From an uncultured Bacteroidales bacterium (GTDB lineage Bacteria; Bacteroidota; Bacteroidia; Bacteroidales; UBA7960): a stretch of 64,000 bases of DNA. The position numbers were made by a program, and so were the translations under genes. Shown here piece after piece: positions 26,224 through 36,146 of the stretch. The notes beneath the pieces are model-generated. The model saw only the letters and a list, made by a program, of their open reading frames with translations. It was not told the DNA's origin and did no database searches. The stretch's first letter is position 1; each line of letters opens with the position of its first letter. Location: NCBI GenBank assembly GCA_964463915.1, contig CAYXEH010000001.1:3293-67292 (forward strand). The letters are read 5' to 3'.

Positions 26224-27234
26224 TTATTTGATCGGTCCTTCATCAGAGCCAGACTTTCCGGACGATTTACTGCTTCCCGGTTTGCTGATCTGCTCCCTCA
26301 TGGAAGTGTCTGCCTGAATATTTTGCATGCGATAATAATCCATGATACCAAGGTTTCCGCTCCGGAAGGATTCGGAGATGGCCTTGGGAATTTCTGCTTC
26401 TTCCTGGATTACCTTGGCCCTGGCTTCCTGTGCCTTGGCCTTCATCTCCTGCTCGGCAGCAACGGCCATAGCGCGGCGCTCCTCAGCCTTGGCCTGTGCA
26501 ATGTTCTTATCGGCATTGGCCTGATCGATCTGCAACATGGCACCGATGTTTTTACCCACATCAATGTCTGCAATATCGATGGAAAGAATCTCATAAGCTG
26601 TACCTGAATCAAGTCCCTTTGACAGCACTACCTTGGAAATACTGTCGGGGTTTTCCAGTACTTGTTTATGATGCTGGGCAGATCCGATGGACGTAACGAT
26701 TCCTTCACCCACCCTGGCCAGGATGGTCTCTTCTCCGGCACCACCAACGAGTTGTTTGATATTGGCACGGAGGGTTACACGGGCCTTGGCCACCAACTGA
26801 ATACCATCTTTGGCAACGGCCGCAACCGGCGGTGTATTGATCACCTTGGGTTTCACCGACATCTGTACCGCTTCAAGCACATCACGTCCTGCCAGATCGA
26901 TGGCAGTAGCGGTTTTGAAATCGAGCGGGATATTCGCTTTATCGGCACTGATCAGGGCATTGACCACGGCTTTCACCCGTCCCCCAGCCAGGTAGTGTGC
27001 TTCCAGGTCATTACGGTTCAGTGTAAGACCCGCTTTGGTTGCCGAGATCAGGTTGTTGACAATCACTGCCGGTGGTATTTTACGCCAGCGCATGAGCACC
27101 AGCTGCAACAGACTGATCCGCACGCCCGAAACCAGGGCAGAAAACCAGAGTCCGACAGGAATGAAATAAAAAATGATCCATAAACCCACGATCGCCACCA
27201 GGGCAATGGCTACAATAATACCAATGTCTTCCAT
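26224..27234 (-). CDS. floA: Flotillin-like protein FloA (UPF0365/YqfA family, SPFH fold)
   Basis: N-terminal [52 protein letters not shown], which is highly characteristic of YqfA/FloA. C-terminal Ala/Glu-rich coiled region. Confidence 0.88.
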   Translation of the reverse strand: MEDIGIIVAIALVAIVGLWIIFYFIPVGLWFSALVSGVRISLLQLVLMRWRKIPPAVIVNNLISATKAGLTLNRNDLEAHYLAGGRVKAVVNALISADKANIPLDFKTATAIDLAGRDVLEAVQMSVKPKVINTPPVAAVAKDGIQLVAKARVTLRANIKQLVGGAGEETILARVGEGIVTSIGSAQHHKQVLENPDSISKVVLSKGLDSGTAYEILSIDIADIDVGKNIGAMLQIDQANADKNIAQAKAEERRAMAVAAEQEMKAKAQEARAKVIQEEAEIPKAISESFRSGNLGIMDYYRMQNIQADTSMREQISKPGSSKSSGKSGSDEGPIK

Positions 27235-27237
27235 GTG

Positions 27238-27708
27238 TTATTCTTCTTTTGATTTAACAATAATTTTGTTTCCGTCTACCTTTACCACCATTATGGGGGT
27301 ATTTTCTGCTATTAAATTATCTTTGGATGTAACTTCATAGTACACTTCTTTTATCAGCGCTTTACCCATGGGATTCAAACGGGTAACAGAGATTCCCTCA
27401 TCCCCTTTTGCCACTAAGTCTGCTTCCACCACATTCACTCGTCCCTCCAGTGAAGAATTGTGCATGGCCTTCTTCCAGGTGTTCGATCGAAGCGCAATTC
27501 CAATGGAAACAAGGCTGACCACCAGAGTGCCCAGAATGGTCATGACCCCCACTCCAGTCCCATATTGGTTAAAGGAAACCACCACGCCGGCTATCAGCAG
27601 CACGACACCAAAGAGCCCTACTACCGTGGCACCGGGCACCACCAGGATCTCAAGAAGGAGAAACACGATCCCAGCAAGGATCAAACTAAGAACTACCAAC
27701 CAAATCAT
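27238..27708 (-). CDS. NfeD-family membrane protein (short form with C-terminal OB-fold)
   Basis: Three N-terminal TM segments followed by GISVTRLNPMGKALIKEVYYEVTS...IMVVKVDGNKIIV. Sits immediately upstream of floA, as NfeD genes do for SPFH partners. Confidence 0.8.
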   Translation of the reverse strand: MIWLVVLSLILAGIVFLLLEILVVPGATVVGLFGVVLLIAGVVVSFNQYGTGVGVMTILGTLVVSLVSIGIALRSNTWKKAMHNSSLEGRVNVVEADLVAKGDEGISVTRLNPMGKALIKEVYYEVTSKDNLIAENTPIMVVKVDGNKIIVKSKEE

Positions 27709-28508
27709 GTCTTATTGTAATATTCCATCGCTTCCGGCAGGTAATCAGCTGCGGCCTGTATGCGGGCTTCGTTAGAAGGATGGGTCTTTAAAAACTGCGG
27801 GATGTCTGAACTGCCGGAATATTCCAGCATTCTTTCCCAGAATGTAATTGTACGGGAGGGGTCATACCCTGCCATGGCCATAAATACCATACCAAGGGCA
27901 TCCGCCTCGTACTCGTGCTGACGACTGTATGCGAGCGACCCCAGGGTGCTTCCTGCTCCAAATGCCATCATAAAAATATCTCTGGTCATCTCCGGTTTCT
28001 CCTGCAAGGCAGCTTCCAGGCTCACCGCACCCATCATAATCAAAAGCTGCTGGCTCATCCTTTCGTTCCCGTGCCGGGCAACGGCATGGGCAATTTCGTG
28101 CGCCATCACCACAGCAAGGCCCTCTTCATCCCGGGTCAGATCAAGGATACCGGTATAAATAGCTACTTTCCCTCCCGGCATAGCCCAGGCATTGACCTGG
28201 TCACTTTCCACCAGATTAAATTCCCATTCAAACTCCCGGACACGCCTGGCCTGGCCTGTATTCTCCAGGTAGGCAACCACCGCATTTGCAATAAGATCTC
28301 CCGTACGATGCACCATGTCGGCCCGGTGGTCTCCAGAAGGCAGCACCGGGTGTTCATCCTTAAAAGCCTGGTAATTGGCAGTAGCCATATCCCCCACCAT
28401 CCCTTCAGGAAGCATCCTGAACTGCCGGCGTCCTGAAACCGGGACATGTGAACATGCAGTCCAAATAATCAGGCAGGCAAGCAGAATAATGACGCGGTTT
28501 GTCTTCAC
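27705..28508 (-). CDS. M48-family zinc metalloprotease, predicted lipoprotein (LoiP/BepA-like)
   Basis: Signal/lipobox LLACLIIWTAC and HEIAHAVARH. GTG start at 28508. Its stop overlaps the nfeD start (ATGA). Confidence 0.85.
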   Translation of the reverse strand: MKTNRVIILLACLIIWTACSHVPVSGRRQFRMLPEGMVGDMATANYQAFKDEHPVLPSGDHRADMVHRTGDLIANAVVAYLENTGQARRVREFEWEFNLVESDQVNAWAMPGGKVAIYTGILDLTRDEEGLAVVMAHEIAHAVARHGNERMSQQLLIMMGAVSLEAALQEKPEMTRDIFMMAFGAGSTLGSLAYSRQHEYEADALGMVFMAMAGYDPSRTITFWERMLEYSGSSDIPQFLKTHPSNEARIQAAADYLPEAMEYYNKT

Positions 28509-28567
28509 GTTATACTGGATTTCGACGAGGAAATACTGAACAAAGTTAACGAAAAAACAATACGTTC

Positions 28568-29215
28568 CTATCTTTTGAATGATATCCGGTTTTCCTTACC
28601 CCTCAAGAGGCGCCTGATATTATTCTTGTGTGTAACCGGTACGAAAAGTGCGATGGCAACAGCAAAAATTATCTTGGGAAGCAGGGTAACATCTTTGACC
28701 AGTATCACAATAAATGGCAAGGCAATGGCAGCGACCAGCGAACCCAACGACACATAGCGGGTAAGAGAAAAAACCAACAAAAAGATCCCCAGAGAAATCA
28801 GAAAGGCTTCAGGGAGCAGGACAATGATAATTCCAACCAGTGAAGCAATCCCTTTCCCGCCTTTGAAGGAGGCAAAAACCGGAAAGACGTGTCCGGTAAT
28901 GGCCGAGGCACCCAACAGGATCTGGAAAACCACAAAAAGATCCGGTGAGGTAAAGCTGCCCTCCATCCAGTAAGAAAGACTTACAGCAGCTACCGCTTTC
29001 AGGGCATCAATCAGCAATACCACCACGCCTATGCGGGGTCCAAGCACCCGCATGGCATTGGTAGCTCCGGCATTGCCGCTTCCATGATCCCTTAAATCAA
29101 TATTACGCAGCCATCTCCCAAGCCATACGGAAGAAGGCAGGGATCCAAGGAGATAAGCAAAAATGATCAGCAAAATGGCTGAACCAATAAAAAGCAAGTT
29201 AAATTCCATTGGCAT
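28568..29215 (-). CDS. plsY: Acyl-phosphate:glycerol-3-phosphate acyltransferase
   Basis: HGSGNAGATNAMR, FKGGKGIA, about 6 TM segments, 215 aa. Confidence 0.93.
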   Translation of the reverse strand: MPMEFNLLFIGSAILLIIFAYLLGSLPSSVWLGRWLRNIDLRDHGSGNAGATNAMRVLGPRIGVVVLLIDALKAVAAVSLSYWMEGSFTSPDLFVVFQILLGASAITGHVFPVFASFKGGKGIASLVGIIIVLLPEAFLISLGIFLLVFSLTRYVSLGSLVAAIALPFIVILVKDVTLLPKIIFAVAIALFVPVTHKNNIRRLLRGKENRISFKR

Positions 29216-30054
29216 TAAGGTTTGACGAGCATCAGCGACACCCAGTCTCTCATTGTTTTTTCACCTCCAAGCCGGAACCCCAGGCGGTTCCCTTCGGCAA
29301 AAATAGTATCTTTATCAAAGTACAGGAATCCACTCAGGAAAAGCAAACCGCCGGGGTTCAGCACCTTTTCGTAAACCGCCATATCTTCCAGCAACACATT
29401 GCGTGTAATATTTGCAATAACCACATCATAATGTTCATCGCCCAGCAACGACGCATCACCATGTAACACCTTCATATCGGATACATTATTCCGTTCAGCA
29501 TTTTCCATGGTGTTCTCCCATGCAAATAAATAATTGTCAATGGCGGTAACAGGCCCGGCACCCTTTTTCGAGGCCAGAATAGCCAGCACCCCGGTACCAC
29601 AACCCATATCAAGGGTAGCTTTGTCTTTCATATCTGTCTCAAGCAACCACTCCACAACAAGGGTGGTGGTCTCATGGTGCCCCGTGCCAAATGACATTTT
29701 TGGCTCTATCACAATATCATATTCGACCCCCGGGACAGGATCATGGAAAGGAGCACGTATCCGGCATTTACCCAAAATCGTCACCGGCTCGAAATTGCTT
29801 TCCCAAACCGCATTCCAGTTTTTGCCCCCAATGCGTGTGATCTCGAAAGATAGTTTCTCCGGCGGATCCTGGCGGGGTTGTTCAAATACCTGTTTTACCG
29901 CTTTTGCACGATAATGACAAGCGGAAACATAAGCTTTGAAGCCATCCTCTTCTTCGGAAAAACTTTCAAACCCAATGTCTGCCAGCTCGGCAATCAGTAT
30001 TTCATTCCAGGGAGTTACCGGCTCAACCTGGCAATAGAGTTCAATATAGTCCAT
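29215..30054 (-). CDS. prmA: Ribosomal protein L11 methyltransferase
   Basis: FGTGHHETT, LDMGCGTGVLAI, VIANI, 279 aa. Confidence 0.9.
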   Translation of the reverse strand: MDYIELYCQVEPVTPWNEILIAELADIGFESFSEEEDGFKAYVSACHYRAKAVKQVFEQPRQDPPEKLSFEITRIGGKNWNAVWESNFEPVTILGKCRIRAPFHDPVPGVEYDIVIEPKMSFGTGHHETTTLVVEWLLETDMKDKATLDMGCGTGVLAILASKKGAGPVTAIDNYLFAWENTMENAERNNVSDMKVLHGDASLLGDEHYDVVIANITRNVLLEDMAVYEKVLNPGGLLFLSGFLYFDKDTIFAEGNRLGFRLGGEKTMRDWVSLMLVKP

Positions 30055-30089
30055 CGAAGTATGTTTTTATTACCAGACAAGTAAGGAGG

Positions 30090-30887
30090 TCATCCATTTT
30101 CCTGCCTGCGCCTGATGATTTCAAAAAAATCTTCCGCCTTCAGTGAAGCCCCGCCGATCAATCCGCCATCTACATCCGGATTGGCAAACAACTCTCCGGC
30201 ATTTTTCGCATTGCAGCTGCCCCCATATAGGATAGAAATGTTTTCTGCGATCTGTTCCCCATATGAATCGGAAATCAGTTTGCGGATGTGAGCATGCATT
30301 TCCTGGGCCTGATCCGGAGTGGCTGTTTTGCCGGTACCAATAGCCCATACGGGCTCATAGGCAATGACCACACGTTTTACCTGTGACTCTTCCATCCATA
30401 AAATACCGTGCAACAACTGGTCAGCCACTACCTGGAAATGCTTCCCGGCCTCCCGCTCGGGCAACTTTTCACCGCAACAATACACCGGGGTGAGGTTATT
30501 TTTCAGGGCCTGTTTCACTTTTTCTGCAAGCAGCTTATCGCCCTCACCAAACTGGCTCCTGCGTTCAGAATGTCCGATGATGACATGGGAGGCTCCCACG
30601 GAGCGTATCATCGAGGCTGCCACTTCACCGGTAAAGGCCCCACCTTCCTCTTGATGGCAATTCTGGGCACCCACGGAAACCCCGTCAGAATGCATGAACA
30701 AATCAATCATTCTTGTAAGGTACACGTAAGGCGGAAAAATAACCACCTCCGGAATATTGTTTCCGGATTCATCGACAATTGTATTTTTGTAGTGATCCAT
30801 TTTGACCTTCAATTCACCTGCAAGTGTCCTGGCCTCTTCCAGGCTAAGGTTCATTTTCCAGTTTCCTGCAACAATCTTTTTTCTCAT
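30090..30887 (-). CDS. tpiA: Triosephosphate isomerase
   Basis: VAGNWKMN, IIGHSERR, AYEPVWAIGTGKTA, ILYGGS. Confidence 0.96.
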   Translation of the reverse strand: MRKKIVAGNWKMNLSLEEARTLAGELKVKMDHYKNTIVDESGNNIPEVVIFPPYVYLTRMIDLFMHSDGVSVGAQNCHQEEGGAFTGEVAASMIRSVGASHVIIGHSERRSQFGEGDKLLAEKVKQALKNNLTPVYCCGEKLPEREAGKHFQVVADQLLHGILWMEESQVKRVVIAYEPVWAIGTGKTATPDQAQEMHAHIRKLISDSYGEQIAENISILYGGSCNAKNAGELFANPDVDGGLIGGASLKAEDFFEIIRRRQENG

Positions 30888-30924
30888 GGTGATATGATTT
30901 ATATGTCCGTATATTTATTGTTCT

Positions 30925-31998
30925 TCAAAGTCTTACACGCGGATCAAGCCATGCATAAATAATGTCTACCGCAATATTCACAAGCACAAGTATTACAGAG
31001 ATCAGCAAAACTGCTCCCATCAGCACCGGAAAATCATAGTACTCCAGTGCATCCACAATCACTACTCCAATCCCCTTCCAGCCAAATACATATTCAACAA
31101 AAACTGCGCCGGCCATCAGGGAAGCGAACCAACCGGAAACCGCAGTTATTACAGGATTCAGGGCGTTTTTAAGGGCATGCCGGGTAACAATTCTGAATTC
31201 TGAGAGGCCCTTGGCCCTGGCGGTTCGGATATAATCCTGTGCCATAACCTTTTCCAGTGAACTCCGCGTCAGTTCTGTTACAATGGCCAGCGGTCGGATG
31301 CCCAGGGTGAGCGCAGGCAAAACAATGTTCTGCCAGGCCATATATTCACCCCGCCCGTAATCATCCACCTCCCACAAAGAACCAGTCATTGGAAGACCGG
31401 TGAGATCTCCAAGCAGGAAGGCAAACACCCAGGCAATGATTATTGCTGCAAAAAAAGAAGGCAGCGACATGCCGAGTACGGAAAACACAAGGGCACTCCG
31501 GCTGAGCCAAACTTTCCTTTTCAATGCAAAAAAGGTTCCGAGGATGACTCCTGCAAGCATGGCGAAAACGATGGATACCGATGCCAGTAACATGGTATTG
31601 GGAAATGCAGCCCCCAGGATCCCGGTAACCTCCCGGTCACTCTGGTAGGAACGCCTCAGGTAAGGCTGCTTGGCCACAAACACATAATCACCGGCTGTCA
31701 TGAGTTTTGTATAAGTATAATCATCCCGGTCAAGGTATATCAGACTTTCTTCGGCACTGTACCGATGAATGCTTAACGGAGATATGTCATTCAGGTAATG
31801 CAGGTATTGATGATGCAGCGGACGATCGAGCCCAAGTTCCGACTGGATGGATTCCACTGAGGAAATATCAGCCCGCTGACCGAGCATCATTCGGGCGGGA
31901 TCTCCGGGGAGCACGGTGAACAAAAAGAAAACCAGGCTTACTACCCCAAATAATACCAACACCCCATACCATAACCTTCTGCTTAAAAATGTCAGCAC
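30925..31998 (-). CDS. ABC transporter permease, DppB/OppB-like
   Basis: N-terminal RRLWYGVLVLFGVVSLVFFL..LPGDP and the EAA-type loop YIRTARAKGLSEFRIVTRHALKNAL. GTG start. No partner ABC genes are adjacent. Confidence 0.85.
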   Translation of the reverse strand: MLTFLSRRLWYGVLVLFGVVSLVFFLFTVLPGDPARMMLGQRADISSVESIQSELGLDRPLHHQYLHYLNDISPLSIHRYSAEESLIYLDRDDYTYTKLMTAGDYVFVAKQPYLRRSYQSDREVTGILGAAFPNTMLLASVSIVFAMLAGVILGTFFALKRKVWLSRSALVFSVLGMSLPSFFAAIIIAWVFAFLLGDLTGLPMTGSLWEVDDYGRGEYMAWQNIVLPALTLGIRPLAIVTELTRSSLEKVMAQDYIRTARAKGLSEFRIVTRHALKNALNPVITAVSGWFASLMAGAVFVEYVFGWKGIGVVIVDALEYYDFPVLMGAVLLISVILVLVNIAVDIIYAWLDPRVRL

Positions 31999-32036
31999 AA
32001 CTTTCCCGGATTTATGAAATCAATGTTCCGTATCAC

Positions 32037-32594
32037 TCATTTTTCAGCCTCCAGCTCCATCTTGATCAACGCAAATACGGCATAGTTCACAATGTCATAA
32101 TAATTGGCATCAATCCCTTCTGATACAACGGTTTTCCCTTCATTATTCTCAATTTGCTTGATACGCAGAAGCTTCATCAGGATGATATCGGTCAGCGACG
32201 TAACGCGCATATCCCGCCAGGCTTCCCCATAATCATGGTTCTTTTTTTGCATCAGCTCTTTAGACCTCCCGGCATACTGGTCATAAAGCTCAATGACTTT
32301 TTGTTCATCCATGTCAATTTCATCGGCCGCACCAAGCTCAAGCTGAATCAGCCCCATGAGTGAATAGTTTATGATCCCGATGAATTCAGGGGGAATACCC
32401 TCCAGGATTTTTTGCGTACCTTTGCGCTGCAAGGAACGTATACGCTGGGCTTTAATATAGATCTGGTCGGTCAGTGAGGATGGCCGCAGGATACGCCAGG
32501 CACTTCCGTAATCAGTCATTTTCCGGACAAATACGTCCCTGCACATATCCACGATCTGGTCGTATTGTGTATCTGTATCAGATTTTGAACCCAT
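32037..32594 (-). CDS. DUF1599-type protein (internally duplicated helical domain)
   Basis: Two repeats: MTDYGSAWRILRPSSLTDQIYIKAQRIRSL and NHDYGEAWRDMRVTSLTDIILMKLLRIKQI. Divergent from folP, an arrangement I recall as common in Bacteroidota. Confidence 0.7.
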   Translation of the reverse strand: MGSKSDTDTQYDQIVDMCRDVFVRKMTDYGSAWRILRPSSLTDQIYIKAQRIRSLQRKGTQKILEGIPPEFIGIINYSLMGLIQLELGAADEIDMDEQKVIELYDQYAGRSKELMQKKNHDYGEAWRDMRVTSLTDIILMKLLRIKQIENNEGKTVVSEGIDANYYDIVNYAVFALIKMELEAEK

Positions 32595-32627
32595 TATTCA
32601 GATTAACATTATTGATTGCAAGCTTAT

Positions 32628-33488
32628 ATGGCGAAAGATACGGTTTTTTGGCCAAAAAAGACCCTGAACTGCGGGGGCAAAATTATAAAATTATCCTCAC
32701 CCCTGGTGATGGGGATTATGAATATTACTCCCGATTCATTTTATGACGGGGGCCGGTACAAAAACCCGCTCAATGCACTCACGCATGCAGGGGAGCTTCT
32801 TTCTGCCGGCGCATCCATTATCGACATGGGTGCGGCTTCCAGCCGTCCCGGGGCGGGCATCATCGACCCCGAAACTGAACAAAACCGCCTCATGCCGGCC
32901 CTTAAGGCAGTGGTTAAACAATACCCTGAAGCCATCATCTCCATTGACACTTATCATTCTTCCACGGCAAAACTTGCCATCGAGTCCGGGGCACACATGA
33001 TCAATGACATTTCGGCCGGCAACTTTGATCCTGCCATGTTTAAAACAATTGCCACCCTGCAGGTTCCTTATATTATGATGCATATGCAGGGGACCCCCGA
33101 AAATATGCAGCATAACCCTTCCTATAAACATCTGGTCAAAGAAATTGCCGGTTTCTTTTCAGAAAAATCAGCACAACTGAAGCAACTTGGGGTTCATGAC
33201 ATTCTGATAGATCCCGGATTTGGTTTTGGAAAAACTTTGGAGCAAAATTTCCAGTTACTGGGGGAGCTGGATTATTTCTCCATATTTGAACTTCCCCTGG
33301 TAGTGGGTATGTCAAGAAAATCTATGGTAAACAAAGTACTGGGCGTTGGCCCCTCAGAAGCCCTGAACGGCACCACTGTATTGCATACACTGGCCCTTGA
33401 GAAGGGAGCAGATATTCTACGTGTGCATGATGCGAAAGAGGCCGCTGAGGCCATAAAAATTGTAGGATATTATCAAAAGCATCGGTAA
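32628..33488 (+). CDS. folP: Dihydropteroate synthase
   Basis: VMGIMNITPDSFYDGG, IIDMGAASSRPGA, MINDISAG, IDPGFGFGKT, VGMSRKS. The track start at 32616 is TTG; ATG at 32628. Confidence 0.94.
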   Translation: MAKDTVFWPKKTLNCGGKIIKLSSPLVMGIMNITPDSFYDGGRYKNPLNALTHAGELLSAGASIIDMGAASSRPGAGIIDPETEQNRLMPALKAVVKQYPEAIISIDTYHSSTAKLAIESGAHMINDISAGNFDPAMFKTIATLQVPYIMMHMQGTPENMQHNPSYKHLVKEIAGFFSEKSAQLKQLGVHDILIDPGFGFGKTLEQNFQLLGELDYFSIFELPLVVGMSRKSMVNKVLGVGPSEALNGTTVLHTLALEKGADILRVHDAKEAAEAIKIVGYYQKHR

Positions 33489-33529
33489 AAATCCATTATC
33501 TTTAACTTTTCCGGAAATTGACCTCCGTT

Positions 33530-34396
33530 ATGTTCGATTTTTTCGCATTGGGATTTCTTCAGATTCGGCTGCCGGATATACTGGACATTGTGCTGGTAGC
33601 CCTCCTGATATACCAGCTCTACCTATTGATCAGGGGTACGGGCGCCATGAATATTTTCCTTGGGATCCTCTCGATCTATGTCATTTGGTGGCTGGTCCGG
33701 TTATTTGAAATGGAACTTCTTACGGCCATTCTCGGACAATTCATGTCTGTCGGTGTCCTTGCCCTGATCATTGTTTTTCAGCCGGAAATCAGGAAGTTCC
33801 TCTTGTTGCTGGGAAAACGCAGTTTCTTCAGCAAAACTTCACGTACCTTTTTTAAAGGACTGTGGCAACCCGATACGGATCAACTGAATATCCCACCCAT
33901 TGTCAATGCCGTTGAAACCTTTGCCGAACAACGAACAGGGGCACTCATTGTAATTACCCGGGAGAACGAACTGGAATTATTTGTGGAAACCGGTGAACGA
34001 ATGGATGCCCTGATCTCTGAGCAACTCCTTGGTTCCATCTTCTACCTGAACAGCCCGTTGCACGACGGAGCTGTCATTATCACCAATAACAGGATCAAAG
34101 CCGCCCGTTGTGTATTGCCGGTATCAGGGGTCAGAAAATTACCGCCCTCTATGGGGCTGCGCCACCGGGCAGCTGTTGGAATTACAGAGCAATCAGATGC
34201 CATCGCCCTGGTGGTCAGCGAACAGGTTGGCAAGATCTCATGGTGTAAAGGGGGTGAGATCATTCGTCACATCAAACCTTTGCAACTCAAGGAGCTTTTG
34301 GCAAAAGAGTTTCTTTCAATTGACCACACAAGGGACAATACCAGGGAAAAGAGTTCGTTTTTTTCAAGCATTTTTAAACAAAAAAAGCAGAAATGA
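33530..34396 (+). CDS. cdaA: Diadenylate cyclase (c-di-AMP synthase), membrane-anchored CdaA type
   Basis: Three N-terminal TM segments, GALIVITREN, LHDGAVII, GLRHRAAVGITEQSDAIALVVSE. ATG at 33530; the track TTG is at 33518. Confidence 0.92.
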   Translation: MFDFFALGFLQIRLPDILDIVLVALLIYQLYLLIRGTGAMNIFLGILSIYVIWWLVRLFEMELLTAILGQFMSVGVLALIIVFQPEIRKFLLLLGKRSFFSKTSRTFFKGLWQPDTDQLNIPPIVNAVETFAEQRTGALIVITRENELELFVETGERMDALISEQLLGSIFYLNSPLHDGAVIITNNRIKAARCVLPVSGVRKLPPSMGLRHRAAVGITEQSDAIALVVSEQVGKISWCKGGEIIRHIKPLQLKELLAKEFLSIDHTRDNTREKSSFFSSIFKQKKQK

Positions 34397-35232
34397 TACT
34401 ACTGGCTGATAGCGGAAGTACGAAGACTGACTGGCAATTGGTCATGGGGAAAGAAGTGATTAAACCCCTGAAGTCAGAAGGGTTGAACCCATACTTTATC
34501 AACACGGATAAAGCTGCGGCTATTTTACAGAGAACCTTCGCAGACCTGCCGGAGAGGGATGAAGTAGAAGCAGTATATTTCTATGGTGCCGGATGCTCAT
34601 CCGCGTCAAAACAGGAAGTGATTAACAAAGCCCTGCAAATCGTTTTCCCCGGCAGTCATACAGAGGTAGAACATGATATGCTGGCCGCTGCGAGGGCCCT
34701 GTTCGCCAACAAGGCCGGGATTCCATGCATACTGGGAACCGGTTCCAACTCCTGCGTCTATGATGGGAAGCAGATCACAGACAGCCTCTTTTCACTCGGG
34801 TATATGTTCGGAGATGAGGGAAGCGGGGCCCATCTGGGAAAAACTTTCATTGCGGATCATCTAAAAAAAAGGGCGCCACAGGATATTCAGGAGGCATTTG
34901 TAAACACATATGGCCTCTCTGATGAAGATATACTGACCAATATTTACAACAATTCCAACCCCAATCGTTTTCTGGCTTCATTCGCCCCCTTTATCAGGGA
35001 GCACCTTGAACACCCCTATATTAACCGACTGGCTGAAGGTTGTTTTGACGAATTTTTCCAGGAGCAGGTCACCATCTACAAGAACCACCGTTTACTCCCC
35101 CTTGGGTGTGTCGGATCGGTGGGCTATCATTTCCGCCATATTATTGAAAATTCAGCCCGTAAATACGGGGTGCAGGCTGAGACCTTCATGATCTCCCCAA
35201 TGGAGGGCCTGATCAGTTATCACGCCGGATAA
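34393..35232 (+). CDS. BadF/BadG/BcrA/BcrD-type ATPase (N-acetylglucosamine kinase-like)
   Basis: LLADSGSTKTDW, CILGTGSNS, FGDEGSGAHLG. The start overlaps the cdaA stop (ATGA). Confidence 0.78.
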   Translation: MILLADSGSTKTDWQLVMGKEVIKPLKSEGLNPYFINTDKAAAILQRTFADLPERDEVEAVYFYGAGCSSASKQEVINKALQIVFPGSHTEVEHDMLAAARALFANKAGIPCILGTGSNSCVYDGKQITDSLFSLGYMFGDEGSGAHLGKTFIADHLKKRAPQDIQEAFVNTYGLSDEDILTNIYNNSNPNRFLASFAPFIREHLEHPYINRLAEGCFDEFFQEQVTIYKNHRLLPLGCVGSVGYHFRHIIENSARKYGVQAETFMISPMEGLISYHAG

Positions 35233-36127
35233 AATCAAGGATTTTTTCTGTTTCCTCCGGGTGAATCCAGGCTGCATCCTCATATCGTCTGAACCAGGTT
35301 AACTGTCTTTTGGCATAGCGGCGCGTATTTGTCCGGATCTTTTCCACGGCTTCCTTAAGGCTCCACTGGTTGTCAAGCCAGGAAAACACCTCTTTATATC
35401 CCACCGTATTCAGGGCATTCAGGTGCCGATAGTGATGTAACCCGAGGGTTTCTTCAATAAGGCCATCAGCTACCATCTGACTGGTGCGCTGATTGATACG
35501 GGAGAAAAGTTCAGGCCGCGGACGATCCAGGACGACATGCCTGATGCGAAAAGACCTTGTTTTAAAGGTACTTTTACGAAGCACAGAAAAGGGTGTGCCG
35601 GATGACAGAAAGACCTCAATGGCCCTTATCATACGCTTGGGATTACCCGGATCCACTTCCGCATAATATGCCGGATCAACCCGGCGAAGCCATTGCCTGA
35701 GTCCGGGCAGACCCTCTTGCCGGAAAACCTCCTGTACCTTTTCCCTGGTACCTGGATCCGGGTCAGGCAATTCATCAATCCCATGACAAAGTGTATCAAT
35801 ATAAAGCCCGGAACCTCCCGTTACCACCACATAATCAGATTCGGAGAAAAGTTCCTCCGCAACTTTCAGGGCCTCCTGTTCGAAAAGAGAAACATTGTAG
35901 TAATCGTGCATGGAAAGGTGTCCGATGAAGTAGTGGGGGACCTTGCTGCACTGGATTTTGGTCGGAGCAGCCGTACCAATTTTCAGTTCCCTGTAAAACT
36001 GGCGTGCATCGGCTGATATAATCCCGGTGTTGAGTGCCCGGGCAACATCTATACTCAGGTCGGTTTTCCCCACCGCAGTGGGCCCGGTAATAATAGCCAG
36101 GGTTTTATTTGTTTTGTTCAAAATCAT
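35213..36127 (-). CDS. miaA: tRNA dimethylallyltransferase
   Basis: IITGPTAVGKTDLS, ISADARQFYRELKIGTA, VTGGSGLY. Start chosen at MILNKTNK (36127). The longer track ORF would overlap the upstream gene. Confidence 0.92.
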   Translation of the reverse strand: MILNKTNKTLAIITGPTAVGKTDLSIDVARALNTGIISADARQFYRELKIGTAAPTKIQCSKVPHYFIGHLSMHDYYNVSLFEQEALKVAEELFSESDYVVVTGGSGLYIDTLCHGIDELPDPDPGTREKVQEVFRQEGLPGLRQWLRRVDPAYYAEVDPGNPKRMIRAIEVFLSSGTPFSVLRKSTFKTRSFRIRHVVLDRPRPELFSRINQRTSQMVADGLIEETLGLHHYRHLNALNTVGYKEVFSWLDNQWSLKEAVEKIRTNTRRYAKRQLTWFRRYEDAAWIHPEETEKILDFIRRDN

Positions 36128-36146
36128 CCCGTTGATCTGCCTGGTC

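Noticed and set aside
35213-35232. A 20-nt convergent overlap of the BadF-like kinase and miaA 3' ends. Also the 4-nt gap between the convergent PUR-like and LPS-kinase genes (49371/49376).
   Set aside because: Short convergent overlaps are common in compact bacterial genomes. No additional structure or motif was seen.
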